Assembly (NCBI RefSeq): GCF_000010625.1
Contig: NC_010296.1
Location: 1,680,001-1,712,000, forward strand
Length of the DNA stretch: 32,000 nucleotides
Origin: Microcystis aeruginosa NIES-843
Lineage (GTDB): Bacteria; Cyanobacteriota; Cyanobacteriia; Cyanobacteriales; Microcystaceae
Direction of reading: 5' to 3'
The notes beneath the pieces were generated by a model. The model searched no databases. It was given only the letters and a program-made list of their open reading frames with translations, and had not been told where the DNA came from. Of the stretch, positions 16,897 through 25,139 are shown piece after piece; position 1 is the first letter of the stretch, and every line of letters starts with the position of its first letter. The position numbers and the translations under genes are program-made.

Positions 16897-17811
16897 ATGA
16901 CCACTTCTTTGTCTCAAAGGAAAACAGTTAGCGGCAAACCTTTTTTAAAGTGGGCGGGAGGCAAAACTCAACTGGTTCCCAATATTCTATCTTTGATTAA
17001 TTCCCAGATTTCTCAAAATTGTCAGTTTAACTACATTGAACCTTTTGTCGGAGGTGGGGCAGTTTTATTCTCAGTCTTAAATAATTTTTCTTCTGTCCAA
17101 AAAGTTATTATTAATGACATCAATCCTGATTTAATCATGGCTTATAATGTTATTAAAAATAATGTCAAAGAATTAATAGTCAAGCTTAAAAAAATTCAGC
17201 AGGATTTTTATGAACTTAAAAATCTAGAGGAACAACAAAAGTTTTTTTTGGATAAAAGAATAGAATTTAATTCTCGCAGCTGCGATGACGATCTAGAAAA
17301 AACAGTTTTGTTATTATTTCTCAATAAAACTTGTTTTAATGGACTTTATAGAGTCAATAGCAAAGGACTCTTTAATGTCCCTTTTGGAAAATATGTCAAA
17401 CCATTGATCTGCAATGAAGAAAACTTATTAGCTGTCAACCATCATTTACAGAAAGTGACGATCCTACAAGGGGATTTTGTCCAAACCCTAAATTATGCCA
17501 ATAACAAGACTTTATTTTATTTTGATCCTCCCTATAAACCGATTAAAAAAACATCAGCTTTTACCTCTTATACTAAAGAAGATTTTAACGATGAGGAGCA
17601 AATAAGATTAAAACAATTTATCGATCAAGTGGATCAGGCCGGTTATAAATTTATTTTAAGTAATTCCGACCTTAAAAACTTTGACTCTGACAATAATTTT
17701 TTTGATGATTTATATAAAGATTATAATATTCAAAGGGTAAAAGCCCGACGAAATATTAATTCCCAGGGCAATAATAGGGGAGAAATCTGGGAATTACTGA
17801 TCAATAATTGA
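16897..17811 (+). CDS. Dam-family (D12 class, alpha-type) N6-adenine DNA methyltransferase
   Basis: 304 aa with PFLKWAGGKTQL, the AdoMet motif EPFVGGGAV and the catalytic DPPY. The gene is visibly AT-rich and HIP1-free. Confidence 0.9.
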   Translation: MTTSLSQRKTVSGKPFLKWAGGKTQLVPNILSLINSQISQNCQFNYIEPFVGGGAVLFSVLNNFSSVQKVIINDINPDLIMAYNVIKNNVKELIVKLKKIQQDFYELKNLEEQQKFFLDKRIEFNSRSCDDDLEKTVLLLFLNKTCFNGLYRVNSKGLFNVPFGKYVKPLICNEENLLAVNHHLQKVTILQGDFVQTLNYANNKTLFYFDPPYKPIKKTSAFTSYTKEDFNDEEQIRLKQFIDQVDQAGYKFILSNSDLKNFDSDNNFFDDLYKDYNIQRVKARRNINSQGNNRGEIWELLINN

Positions 17812-17840
17812 CAAAAATTAAGCCTAACAGAAAAGACGAC

Positions 17841-18617
17841 ATGAATAAAAATATTTCTTCAAGAGATCGAGGGTGGCAAGCTGTATTCGATAGATACAAC
17901 TTGCACGATCATGATTTTTGTAACCATCCTTATTTTATTAAGGCTGAACAGATTAAAGCAGCAACAAAACATTTTGAAACTACAGGGGAAAGAGAAGTAA
18001 GAATTTTATGTAAACAAGATACAAGAGAAAGCCGTCCAGAAGTTTTTAAAAAGCTAGGATTGTTTATTTTACCAGTCAAGAATGGAGAGTATGTGATCTT
18101 AAAGGGCGAGGGTTATGTTGATATTCCTATCATAGAAACACCCATAGAAAATTATCAAACTTTATTAGATTTTCAATTAGAAACTTCTTTGATAGGTGAT
18201 TCAGAAATGCAACATCTGGACTTCGCTTACGCATCGAGTCTAATTCGTCACTTTATCAAAGATAATAGCCTAGTATTAACCATTCGTGGTAGAAAATATA
18301 CCCCTGAATTTACACTAAAAATTAATGATCATGTTCTTAAAATTAAAGGTGTACAAACAGAGGTGGATGCAGGATATGAAGGCAAGAACCAAATTGTCCT
18401 GATTGAAGCCAAAAACTTAAGTATAGACAATGTAATTATCAGACAGTTGTATTATCCATCTAGACAATGGCAACTGCATACTAAAAAGAAAATTGTTACA
18501 CTATTTTTTGCTAAGAAATCAAATATATATTATTTATGGAAATTCGAGTTTGAAAATCCAGACAATTATAATAGTATTAAGCTGGTGGACTCAGCGAGAT
18601 TTGAAATCATAAGCTAA
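17841..18617 (+). CDS. putative PD-(D/E)XK restriction endonuclease partner of the Dam-family methyltransferase (family not recognised)
   Basis: The ORF frame opens at TTG 17808, overlapping the methyltransferase stop by 4 nt. The first ATG is at 17841. TEVDAGYEGKNQIVLIEAKN has a D-x13-E-x-K pattern. Composition matches the methyltransferase gene. Confidence 0.5.
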   Translation: MNKNISSRDRGWQAVFDRYNLHDHDFCNHPYFIKAEQIKAATKHFETTGEREVRILCKQDTRESRPEVFKKLGLFILPVKNGEYVILKGEGYVDIPIIETPIENYQTLLDFQLETSLIGDSEMQHLDFAYASSLIRHFIKDNSLVLTIRGRKYTPEFTLKINDHVLKIKGVQTEVDAGYEGKNQIVLIEAKNLSIDNVIIRQLYYPSRQWQLHTKKKIVTLFFAKKSNIYYLWKFEFENPDNYNSIKLVDSARFEIIS

Positions 18618-18693
18618 ATTTATCGTAGTTCTCATATCAGTTAGACACAATTAACTGATTGTTGATTAAGCGTATCAAAATCTAGAATGTCTC

Positions 18694-18918
18694 TCATGAG
18701 AACACTAGAATAAACCGACCATTTTGATCTGCAAAAAATGCCTCGTTTACCCTTGTAATAACATTTTTCAAAACCTGTAGCATACTTATAGAAAAGATAA
18801 TTAAATCGTCAGCAAGTAATCTTAATTTAGCCTCAATTTTGCTTTTTAAATCGGGTCGGCTTTTAATGATTATCTTAAAAGCTCGTTTAAAGGATGAGCT
18901 TAGAATTAATTTAGTCAT
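18694..18918 (-). CDS. RelE/YafQ-like toxin, short and possibly degenerate
   Basis: The N-terminus MTKLILSSSFKRAFKIIIKSRPDLKSKIEAKLRLLADD looks like YafQ/RelE-type toxins. The C-terminal half is divergent and lacks the usual terminal segment. There is an 8-nt overlap with the antitoxin. Confidence 0.45.
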   Translation of the reverse strand: MTKLILSSSFKRAFKIIIKSRPDLKSKIEAKLRLLADDLIIFSISMLQVLKNVITRVNEAFFADQNGRFILVFS

Positions 18919-19129
18919 TGTTTAATTCTGCGATAATATCATCAATGTTTCCCCGAAAGACTTTCCCTTGTTGGTAGTCTTGACGCGCTTGATGGATATT
19001 CTTGGCGATTTCTTCTCGTCTTTTTTCAATTTGTCTATGTCGAATAATACTGATTAAATCATCTTGTTCATCACAGGAAAGATTGTCAATCATTTCTAAA
19101 ATTTGATGAAATTGAATAGTTTGTGACAT
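18911..19129 (-). CDS. type II antitoxin (partner of the RelE/YafQ-like ORF)
   Basis: 72-aa acidic, helical ORF directly upstream of the toxin-like ORF and overlapping it. Confidence 0.6.
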   Translation of the reverse strand: MSQTIQFHQILEMIDNLSCDEQDDLISIIRHRQIEKRREEIAKNIHQARQDYQQGKVFRGNIDDIIAELNND

Positions 19130-19171
19130 TGTGGCTTTTCCTTTTTCAAATTAAAGAATAAATTTATTATC

Positions 19172-19561
19172 AGTACCTAAGTAAAATTAATTACACAGAG
19201 CTAACTACCTCTTGCATGAGTGCCTATTTTTTTAGCTTTCCTTGGCTTCTTCAATGGTTTCTCCTTGACCATTTGCACCTGGGATTTCAGGACAAATCGC
19301 CCAGTATCCCCCTTCTGTTGCCGCTTCAATGATAGCAGTAAACTCCCCTTTCATGATAGTCTCCTTCGATAATATATTAGATATAGCACCCATGCAAAAG
19401 TGAAGTGCAACCCCCTGGATTGACAGAGGTAAGCCCCTAGAGATAGTCTGAAGTTTCTGACAAGAGAAAGACTATCCGAGCGCCTATATCCATCTTAAGC
19501 CAAAAATTTGCTTTGACCACAGTGCTTATCTCGCCAATGGCAATTAATTTGGCACGACTAC
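19172..19561. mobile_element. MITE-like repeat copy C, split by about 310 bp of inserted DNA
   Basis: The left part at 19172-19227 matches the 5' two-thirds of the element. The right end AATTAATTTGGCACGACTAC lies at 19541-19561. Confidence 0.5.
19232..19354 (-). CDS. HicB-like (UPF0150) mini-antitoxin ORF, 40 aa
   Basis: Not in the ORF track because it is under 60 aa. The minus-strand ATG at 19354 is preceded by GGAG. The translation MKGEFTAIIEAATEGGYWAICPEIPGANGQGETIEEAKES is typical of the HicB N-terminal domain. Confidence 0.55.
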   Translation of the reverse strand: MKGEFTAIIEAATEGGYWAICPEIPGANGQGETIEEAKES

Positions 19562-19577
19562 GTTTACCCTTCTGAGT

Positions 19578-20261
19578 ATGAATTTTATCTGCAATCATCC
19601 CTCGATCGAGCATTGTTTAAAACAACAATTAATTAATATTTTTCCAGAAAACAACCATAAATTAACTTTCTATCGTTGCTCAAAAACTGATAGTGTCCTC
19701 TATCGTTCACCTCTGTTTTATTATTTTACGTCCGCTCAATGTCAAACCATATTTAACCATTTAATCGTCCTTTTTCCGCAAATTCAGCTTAGGGAAGGAT
19801 GGCTAGAATTATTATTAGATCAGCAATTTTTGTCCTTTTGGTTACTGAAACTAAACGATTTAATCGATCAATTTTTCTCGGATGAGCTTCCTCTCCATCC
19901 CAGAGGAGAATTTTTCTTTTTATTTCAATACACTCACGCTCGCTATTCTAGTTTGTTACAACTGCTCAATCGGGAAAAAATTAGATTAATCGAGTCTGAA
20001 CTATTATCCTGGCATCATCCCGCCGAAATAGCCTTAATCCTGCAAATTTTAACCGTTTGTGATTGTTGGGAACGCCAGAAACCCTATCCCCTAACCGCAA
20101 ATTTTTGCGAGGCAATGCTCAATTTTGAGCGTAACTGTCGCATTATCGGAGAATCGTCCCCAATTCAGCGATCGAGATTAATCCTGATTAGCGTCAGTCA
20201 AAAACTACTTAACCGTCTTCTCCGTCAAAAATGGCAACTGCTGCCGATGACGGAACTATAA
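19578..20261 (+). CDS. DALR anticodon-binding-domain-like protein (ArgRS C-terminal paralogue)
   Basis: 227 aa. FFFLFQYTHARYSSLLQLL resembles the ArgRS/DALR helix motif (QYAHAR). No catalytic domain is present. Confidence 0.5.
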   Translation: MNFICNHPSIEHCLKQQLINIFPENNHKLTFYRCSKTDSVLYRSPLFYYFTSAQCQTIFNHLIVLFPQIQLREGWLELLLDQQFLSFWLLKLNDLIDQFFSDELPLHPRGEFFFLFQYTHARYSSLLQLLNREKIRLIESELLSWHHPAEIALILQILTVCDCWERQKPYPLTANFCEAMLNFERNCRIIGESSPIQRSRLILISVSQKLLNRLLRQKWQLLPMTEL

Positions 20262-20342
20262 AAATATTAACTTTTATGAATTTAGTAGATAAAATCACCA
20301 GCTTATGATAGATTTTAATTAGTGTGAGGAGCGAACCAGAAT

Positions 20343-20381
20343 AGAGAGCCGAGACGAAACATGGACAGTCGCCGGCTCTCT
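20343..20381. terminator. hairpin between convergent genes (AGAGAGCCG ... CGGCTCTCT)
   Basis: 9-bp stem at 20343-20351/20373-20381 with a 21-nt loop and a T-rich tail on the + strand. It lies between the stop of 19578..20261 and the stop of 20391..21230. Confidence 0.4.
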
Positions 20382-20390
20382 TTCTGTTGT

Positions 20391-21230
20391 TCAGGAATTA
20401 TTTTCTTCTTGGCGATATTTAATAAAAGTGGGCAAATCAACCCGAAAAGAGGAATATTTCGGGGAAGGGGAGATGATAGGTGCGGGCCAATCCCTATCTT
20501 TCTTATTTAAGGATTCTACTGGCTCAATTGTCTCTAATTCCGCTAAAAACTCATCGATGGGAGCCACTTCATCCCTTTCTTGATTCTCTGTCTGAGACCA
20601 AGGCTCGATCGCGGCTGCCTTGGCGACAATGGCTAAATCCGGGGGAGAATTGCGATCGCTACCGCGCTGGAAATACTGGGCCAAGGCCGCTTTATACTGG
20701 AGGGTGTAGCGTTGCTGACGTTGGAGACGGGTGCGTAATTCCTGCAATTGCTGGTCATAGTTGCAGAGTTTTTGGCTTTTTTCCTGATAACTTTCCTGAA
20801 TTAAGGCACATTCTCGCTCTAAACGGGCTAATTGTTGACGCGTGCGGGTCAATTCTGCGGTCAAATTGGCAATAATCATCGGTTGCCGTTGTTCTGCTTG
20901 ACGATACTGTTCGATTTCCCCTAAAGCTCGCTGTAATTGTTGCTTTTCGTATTGCAGTTCCTCGTTTTGCTGCTGGATTAGGGTATCACAACTTTGCCAG
21001 CGACGATGTTGCTCGGCTAACTGCGATCGCAGTTCCCCGAGAGCTTGCTCCCGTCGCCAGATCTCCGCTTGTAATTCTTGATTTTGTTGACGTAAATGAG
21101 AGGATAGAGCTGCCCAATCTGTCTCATCTGTTGATTGACTCTCATGCTCGACAATTTCAGCAGTAATGACAGTATCCGCATGGGTGAGATGATCGAGGTA
21201 CAGGTCGGAATTATCGTTCATAAAAGCCAA
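20391..21230 (-). CDS. Q/E/R-rich coiled-coil protein, unknown function
   Basis: 279-aa ORF with long heptad-like QQ/LQ repeats. It contains two HIP1 sites, which suggests native DNA. Confidence 0.55.
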   Translation of the reverse strand: MAFMNDNSDLYLDHLTHADTVITAEIVEHESQSTDETDWAALSSHLRQQNQELQAEIWRREQALGELRSQLAEQHRRWQSCDTLIQQQNEELQYEKQQLQRALGEIEQYRQAEQRQPMIIANLTAELTRTRQQLARLERECALIQESYQEKSQKLCNYDQQLQELRTRLQRQQRYTLQYKAALAQYFQRGSDRNSPPDLAIVAKAAAIEPWSQTENQERDEVAPIDEFLAELETIEPVESLNKKDRDWPAPIISPSPKYSSFRVDLPTFIKYRQEENNS

Positions 21231-21676
21231 AGGATGAGGAAACCTAGAAGTTTAGAGACGTTAAAAGCCTTCTATCGTTCCCCAAAAAAAATGGGAACCG
21301 CATTGTTAGAGACTGCCGCGCGGTTCCACTGCCGATCCTTAAGAGGAGAACACTATAAATAACTATAAGCTTATTAGGAATTTTTGTCAATACTTAATGA
21401 GAACTTTTTTCAATAAGTTGGAGGGTAGAGGGGAATCGACTAATTCGTAGATAGCTGTAGTGCGGGTGTCTGGCCCTAGGGCCAGGGAAGAATTAGCCAC
21501 AGCAAAATTGATAAGCTTAGACGCATTTAAGTTTCCTACTCGTATCCCTATCTACAAGGCGTTCCAGGATATTAAAGTGCAATGTAAGTGCGTCTAAGCT
21601 TACCAGCATCGGTCGAGCGGGTTAGCGGCTCGATGTGCTTCAATAATTCTATAGTTTTTATTTTCCTTGTCGTATC

Positions 21677-22171
21677 ATGCCACGTCCCCCGAAGAAAACC
21701 CCTAGCACCCCTGAACCCCCCGAAGAGCCAATTAAAGCCACTCCTCCCCTACAACCTCTACAAATTATTAAAAAGGGTTCTAGGGCCGCAGTACCCCCCA
21801 AACCCCCGGAAACCCCTTCAGAAATCATCGAGGAAAAACCAGCCGCAGAAACGGTAAAATCAGTCAGTAGCGAGATAAAATCTCCTTTCCGTCCCCGTTC
21901 CGATTCGGCTCCTCTATTCCGAAAACCAATTCCCAAAGCAGAAATTCCCGTCATCGAAAAAGCGACGGGAGCCAATGGCGAAGTATTTAATCTGACCGAT
22001 TCTGTCCTCATTACCGAACCTTTTGGTAATCGTATTGCCGCTATTATCGATAGTTTTTATGCCGATGCTCAAGGCGAAATCTGGGCGCGACTCAAACCGG
22101 TGGAAGTTAATCCCGATTGTCGCTGGGAACAGGCCTGTATTCGCTCTCAGGGTTTGGTAAAGGCTGAGTAA
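21677..22171 (+). CDS. proline-rich hypothetical protein
   Basis: 164 aa with a P/E/K-rich N-terminal half and a C-terminal globular-looking part. The overlapping ORFs in other frames look like composition artefacts. Confidence 0.5.
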   Translation: MPRPPKKTPSTPEPPEEPIKATPPLQPLQIIKKGSRAAVPPKPPETPSEIIEEKPAAETVKSVSSEIKSPFRPRSDSAPLFRKPIPKAEIPVIEKATGANGEVFNLTDSVLITEPFGNRIAAIIDSFYADAQGEIWARLKPVEVNPDCRWEQACIRSQGLVKAE

Positions 22172-22173
22172 GA

Positions 22174-22211
22174 CAGTTATCAGTTATCAGTTATCAGTTA
22201 TCAGTTATCAG
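22174..22211. repeat. heptamer array (CAGTTAT x5) with conserved 3' tail
   Basis: Read directly. The tail CAGATTTGAGTTTTAAGTGTGCAGTATTAA resembles the tail after the 29129-29171 array. Confidence 0.9.
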
Positions 22212-22558
22212 ATTTGAGTTTTAAGTGTGCAGTATTAACAAGTAATACTAAATCTGGTTATTAAAAACTGATTATTTATTCTCCGTTTTGCATGATTGCC
22301 TCTTGCATGAGTGCCTCTCCTCATAAGTAGCCTATACTCAAGGGATTTAGTATCATTTAGATAAGATCTCTTGCATAATTAATTTTTGAGGGTTCAAAAA
22401 CCTCAAAAATAAGGATTAAATGGCATAAAATCTGTAAATAGACCATTCAATTGCTTATTATTCATTCTTAATTCTCCTGACTACTGACTCCTAACCCTAA
22501 CAACTTTTATCTGATATCATGTTGAGAAAAATTCACTCTCTAAATTTGGGTTTAAATT

Positions 22559-22938
22559 ATGATAACTACACTCATCGAACGAGAAGCAGAACCAATTTTA
22601 ATTAGTGACTTAACTTGGAGAGAATTTAAAGCTGTTGAACAGCTAATCGAGCGCCTAGGGTTAAGGTTATCTTTTTTAGATGGAGTTTTGGAGATTAGAA
22701 AAATGCTTCTTTAGTAGAAATTTATTGAGAATTTTTGGGATTAGATTTTACTCCTACTGGTTTTTTCACCTTAGAAAATGAATTTGAAAAGGTTAAAAGA
22801 GAAGGTGATAAATCCTATGAGTTGGGAGCCAATAGAAAACATCCTGATTTAGTGATTGAGGTGGTTGTTAGTAGTGGAGGAATTAATAAACTGGAAGCAT
22901 ACAAACATACAAACGCTTACAAATTCCCGAACTTTGGT
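22559..22938 (+). pseudogene. Uma2-family (DUF820) endonuclease pseudogene, degraded paralogue of 25917..26507
   Basis: Near-identical to 25917-26325, including 31 nt of leader. It carries a roughly 39-nt internal deletion creating TAG, an 8-nt duplication near 22905, and loss of the 3' third. Confidence 0.85.
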
Positions 22939-22965
22939 AAAGAGTAAAGAGTAAAGAGTAAAGAG
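22938..22965. repeat. heptamer tandem repeat (TAAAGAG x4) at the truncation point of the Uma2 pseudogene
   Basis: Read directly. It is followed by AATGTNAA-like repeats up to about 22990. Confidence 0.9.
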
Positions 22966-23043
22966 TACAATGTAAAATGTCAAATGTAACCTACCTTATT
23001 ACTGGTTTGAATGCAGTTCCAAATGTTCAGTTGTTAAAAAGTA

Positions 23044-23127
23044 TTAGGCATTTTCTACAATTTCTGCTCCTGGTTCATCTCTAAGATAAGCTAAAAAGGC
23101 AGCAGCATCTAACACAAATTTATTCAC
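23044..23127 (-). pseudogene. 5' remnant of a PIN-domain (VapC-like) toxin gene
   Basis: GTG 23127 overlaps the antitoxin stop by 8 nt. The translation VNKFVLDAAAFLAYLRDEPGAEIVENA* is a PIN N-terminus ending after 27 codons. Confidence 0.6.
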
Positions 23128-23392
23128 TTAAATACTCCTGTCTGCGTTCTTGAATAAGTTCATCTACTAAATTTCTATCAGGTGATTTATCTTTTAATAA
23201 ACCTCTTAATTTTTTAACTTGTTGTTTGAGGCTGACTAATTGGAGGTTGCCGCTATCTTCCAGAGTTAAGATTAATCTATCTCCAGATTGTAAATTAAGA
23301 ATTTGTTGGATTTCTTGGGGTAAAGTTAAACGTCCTTCTGGTTCAATATCAAGTATGTATTGTTGAGAAAGTGATGAATTAGCAACTGTCAT
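23120..23392 (-). CDS. AbrB/MazE/SpoVT-family antitoxin
   Basis: 90 aa. GRLTLPQEIQQILNLQSGDRLILTLEDSGNLQLV is a swapped-hairpin AbrB-type motif. It lies upstream of the PIN remnant. Confidence 0.75.
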   Translation of the reverse strand: MTVANSSLSQQYILDIEPEGRLTLPQEIQQILNLQSGDRLILTLEDSGNLQLVSLKQQVKKLRGLLKDKSPDRNLVDELIQERRQEYLSE

Positions 23393-23503
23393 AGCTTTAT
23401 ATTTCCTTGTTTTCTATCTATTTCTAGTTTAGCAAAATTCTAAAAGTTAATCCTGTAGGGTGCGTTAATGAAATGTAACGCAAACAGTGAGTTTTGGAAA
23501 CAC

Positions 23504-25099
23504 TCAAGCCCGAATCACAGTAATTCTATATTGATTTTCCGTCAGCACAACCTCAGTTGATAACCTTTCTTCCATTGGTAAAGCATTTTTCCGTCTATCA
23601 AAGATAAATAACCAACCAAAATCTAAACCTAAACGTCTTAAATAAGATTCTAATTGTTCAATTCCATCAGCTTGCGGATCGCGTTTTTTATCCCGCCATA
23701 CTTTTAATTCAATCCCTAAAATTACATCTTTATAACGCAGACATAAATCCATTCTATCACTACCAATTGCATATTCCCTTTCTAAAACTCCCCCACCATT
23801 AACCACACGATGTAAAAAAGCCATTAATACAATATGGGGGGCAATTTCATGGTAAGCAGCACTACTTAATAATGGTTCGACCTGTTGTCGCCAAAATTTG
23901 AGAAATGCTGTTAATAAAGCATCTATATTTAATTCACCTTTTGCCGTCAACCAACTAGGACTAATTAAAGGTAAACTATCCTGAGTTCCTTGGACTAAAA
24001 CGCGGGGAATTACTTCACGATATATGGGGTTAGAAATAACTAATCCCCCCATTGGATCACGTCTTAATAATCCTAAATCTATTAAATATTGCCTATCATC
24101 TGCTAAAGTATCAGGTAATGTTTGCCCTGCTAAAATTGGTTCAATAATATTTTTCACTCGTTTTTCCCTGAGTTTTTCCGCTAAACTATCTAAATGAGTA
24201 TCTTGACGAGCAATTAATATTTCTTTGGCTGTTAAAATGTGTTCTTTGGTAATAGCAATGTTTCTATCTTTTACCATTTTTTCTACAATTTCTTTAGCTA
24301 AAGCATTGACTAACCAAGGTTGTCCTTGAGTTAAATCAAACGCTGTTTCGATAGCTTCTGGTGTGAAAATTTGTCCTGTTGCTGCTGTATGTTGTTGATA
24401 TAATTCTCCTACTTCTGCAAGATTAAAATTTCTCATAGTCAGAGAAGCAACTTTTATATTAAAAGGACTAGATGTATTTAATCTATCACTACCCCCAGAT
24501 GCTACTTTATAATCTCGCACATCTCGTAAACCAATTAATCCTACTGAGGTCGGGAAATTTTCTGGACGATTAGGAAAACCATCTCTTAACTGTCGTAAAA
24601 TAGAAATTAATGTTTGGTCTTGTAAAGAGTCGATTTCATCTATAAATAATACTATGGGACGATTTATCGCTTTTGACCAACCTCTTAAAAAAGCCTTTAT
24701 TCTGCTTCCTGGTTCTTCCTGTTGCCATTGTTTAGCAGCTGGTTGTAATTCGGTAGGTAATCTATCTTGAATTGTATTATACCAAGTCCCTAAAATTGCC
24801 AATTCTGCGGCAGTAGGATCATGATTAAATGCACTTCCTACTTCCACTGACACCATGACTGCGGCATAATTTCCAGTATGGGTAAGTTGTTTTGCTAGGG
24901 ATAACATTGCTGTGGTTTTCCCTGTTTGTCGTGGTGCGTGAAGGACAAAGTAACTACGTTGTTGAATTAACTCCTCTAAATCTGGTAATCTGACTGTGGG
25001 AGAGAGCATATAGTGGATATCGTCTGAACAGGGACCTGCAATATTAAACCAGCGAGTCATAGAATTTTGGTAATAGATGAACTCTTTAAGTTTAGACAT
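23504..25099 (-). CDS. AAA/P-loop ATPase fused to a C-terminal PD-(D/E)XK nuclease-like domain
   Basis: 531 aa with Walker A HAPRQTGKTT, Walker B VLFIDEIDSL, and a C-terminal DRMDLCL...LGIELKVW (D...ExK). Confidence 0.7.
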   Translation of the reverse strand: MSKLKEFIYYQNSMTRWFNIAGPCSDDIHYMLSPTVRLPDLEELIQQRSYFVLHAPRQTGKTTAMLSLAKQLTHTGNYAAVMVSVEVGSAFNHDPTAAELAILGTWYNTIQDRLPTELQPAAKQWQQEEPGSRIKAFLRGWSKAINRPIVLFIDEIDSLQDQTLISILRQLRDGFPNRPENFPTSVGLIGLRDVRDYKVASGGSDRLNTSSPFNIKVASLTMRNFNLAEVGELYQQHTAATGQIFTPEAIETAFDLTQGQPWLVNALAKEIVEKMVKDRNIAITKEHILTAKEILIARQDTHLDSLAEKLREKRVKNIIEPILAGQTLPDTLADDRQYLIDLGLLRRDPMGGLVISNPIYREVIPRVLVQGTQDSLPLISPSWLTAKGELNIDALLTAFLKFWRQQVEPLLSSAAYHEIAPHIVLMAFLHRVVNGGGVLEREYAIGSDRMDLCLRYKDVILGIELKVWRDKKRDPQADGIEQLESYLRRLGLDFGWLFIFDRRKNALPMEERLSTEVVLTENQYRITVIRA

Positions 25100-25139
25100 T
25101 TTTTATGCTCCCGATACATTATTAAAACCACTAAATTTG

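Noticed and set aside
21588-22011. ORFs 21588..21857(+) and 21658..22011(-) around the proline-rich gene
   Set aside because: These are overlapping frames of a compositionally biased (CCN/GAA-rich) stretch. I kept only the longest ORF, which has an ATG and a non-repetitive C-terminal part, and even that has moderate confidence.
22174-22211. Heptamer arrays (also 6911-6938, 29129-29171, 29836-29873) as CRISPR arrays
   Set aside because: The units are 7 nt and contiguous, with no spacers. These are short tandem repeats, not CRISPR.
22735-22947. 70-aa ORF called as a separate gene
   Set aside because: It is the middle part of the degraded Uma2 paralogue (near-identical to residues 72-129 of 25917..26507, then diverging after a duplication), so it is part of a pseudogene rather than an independent CDS.
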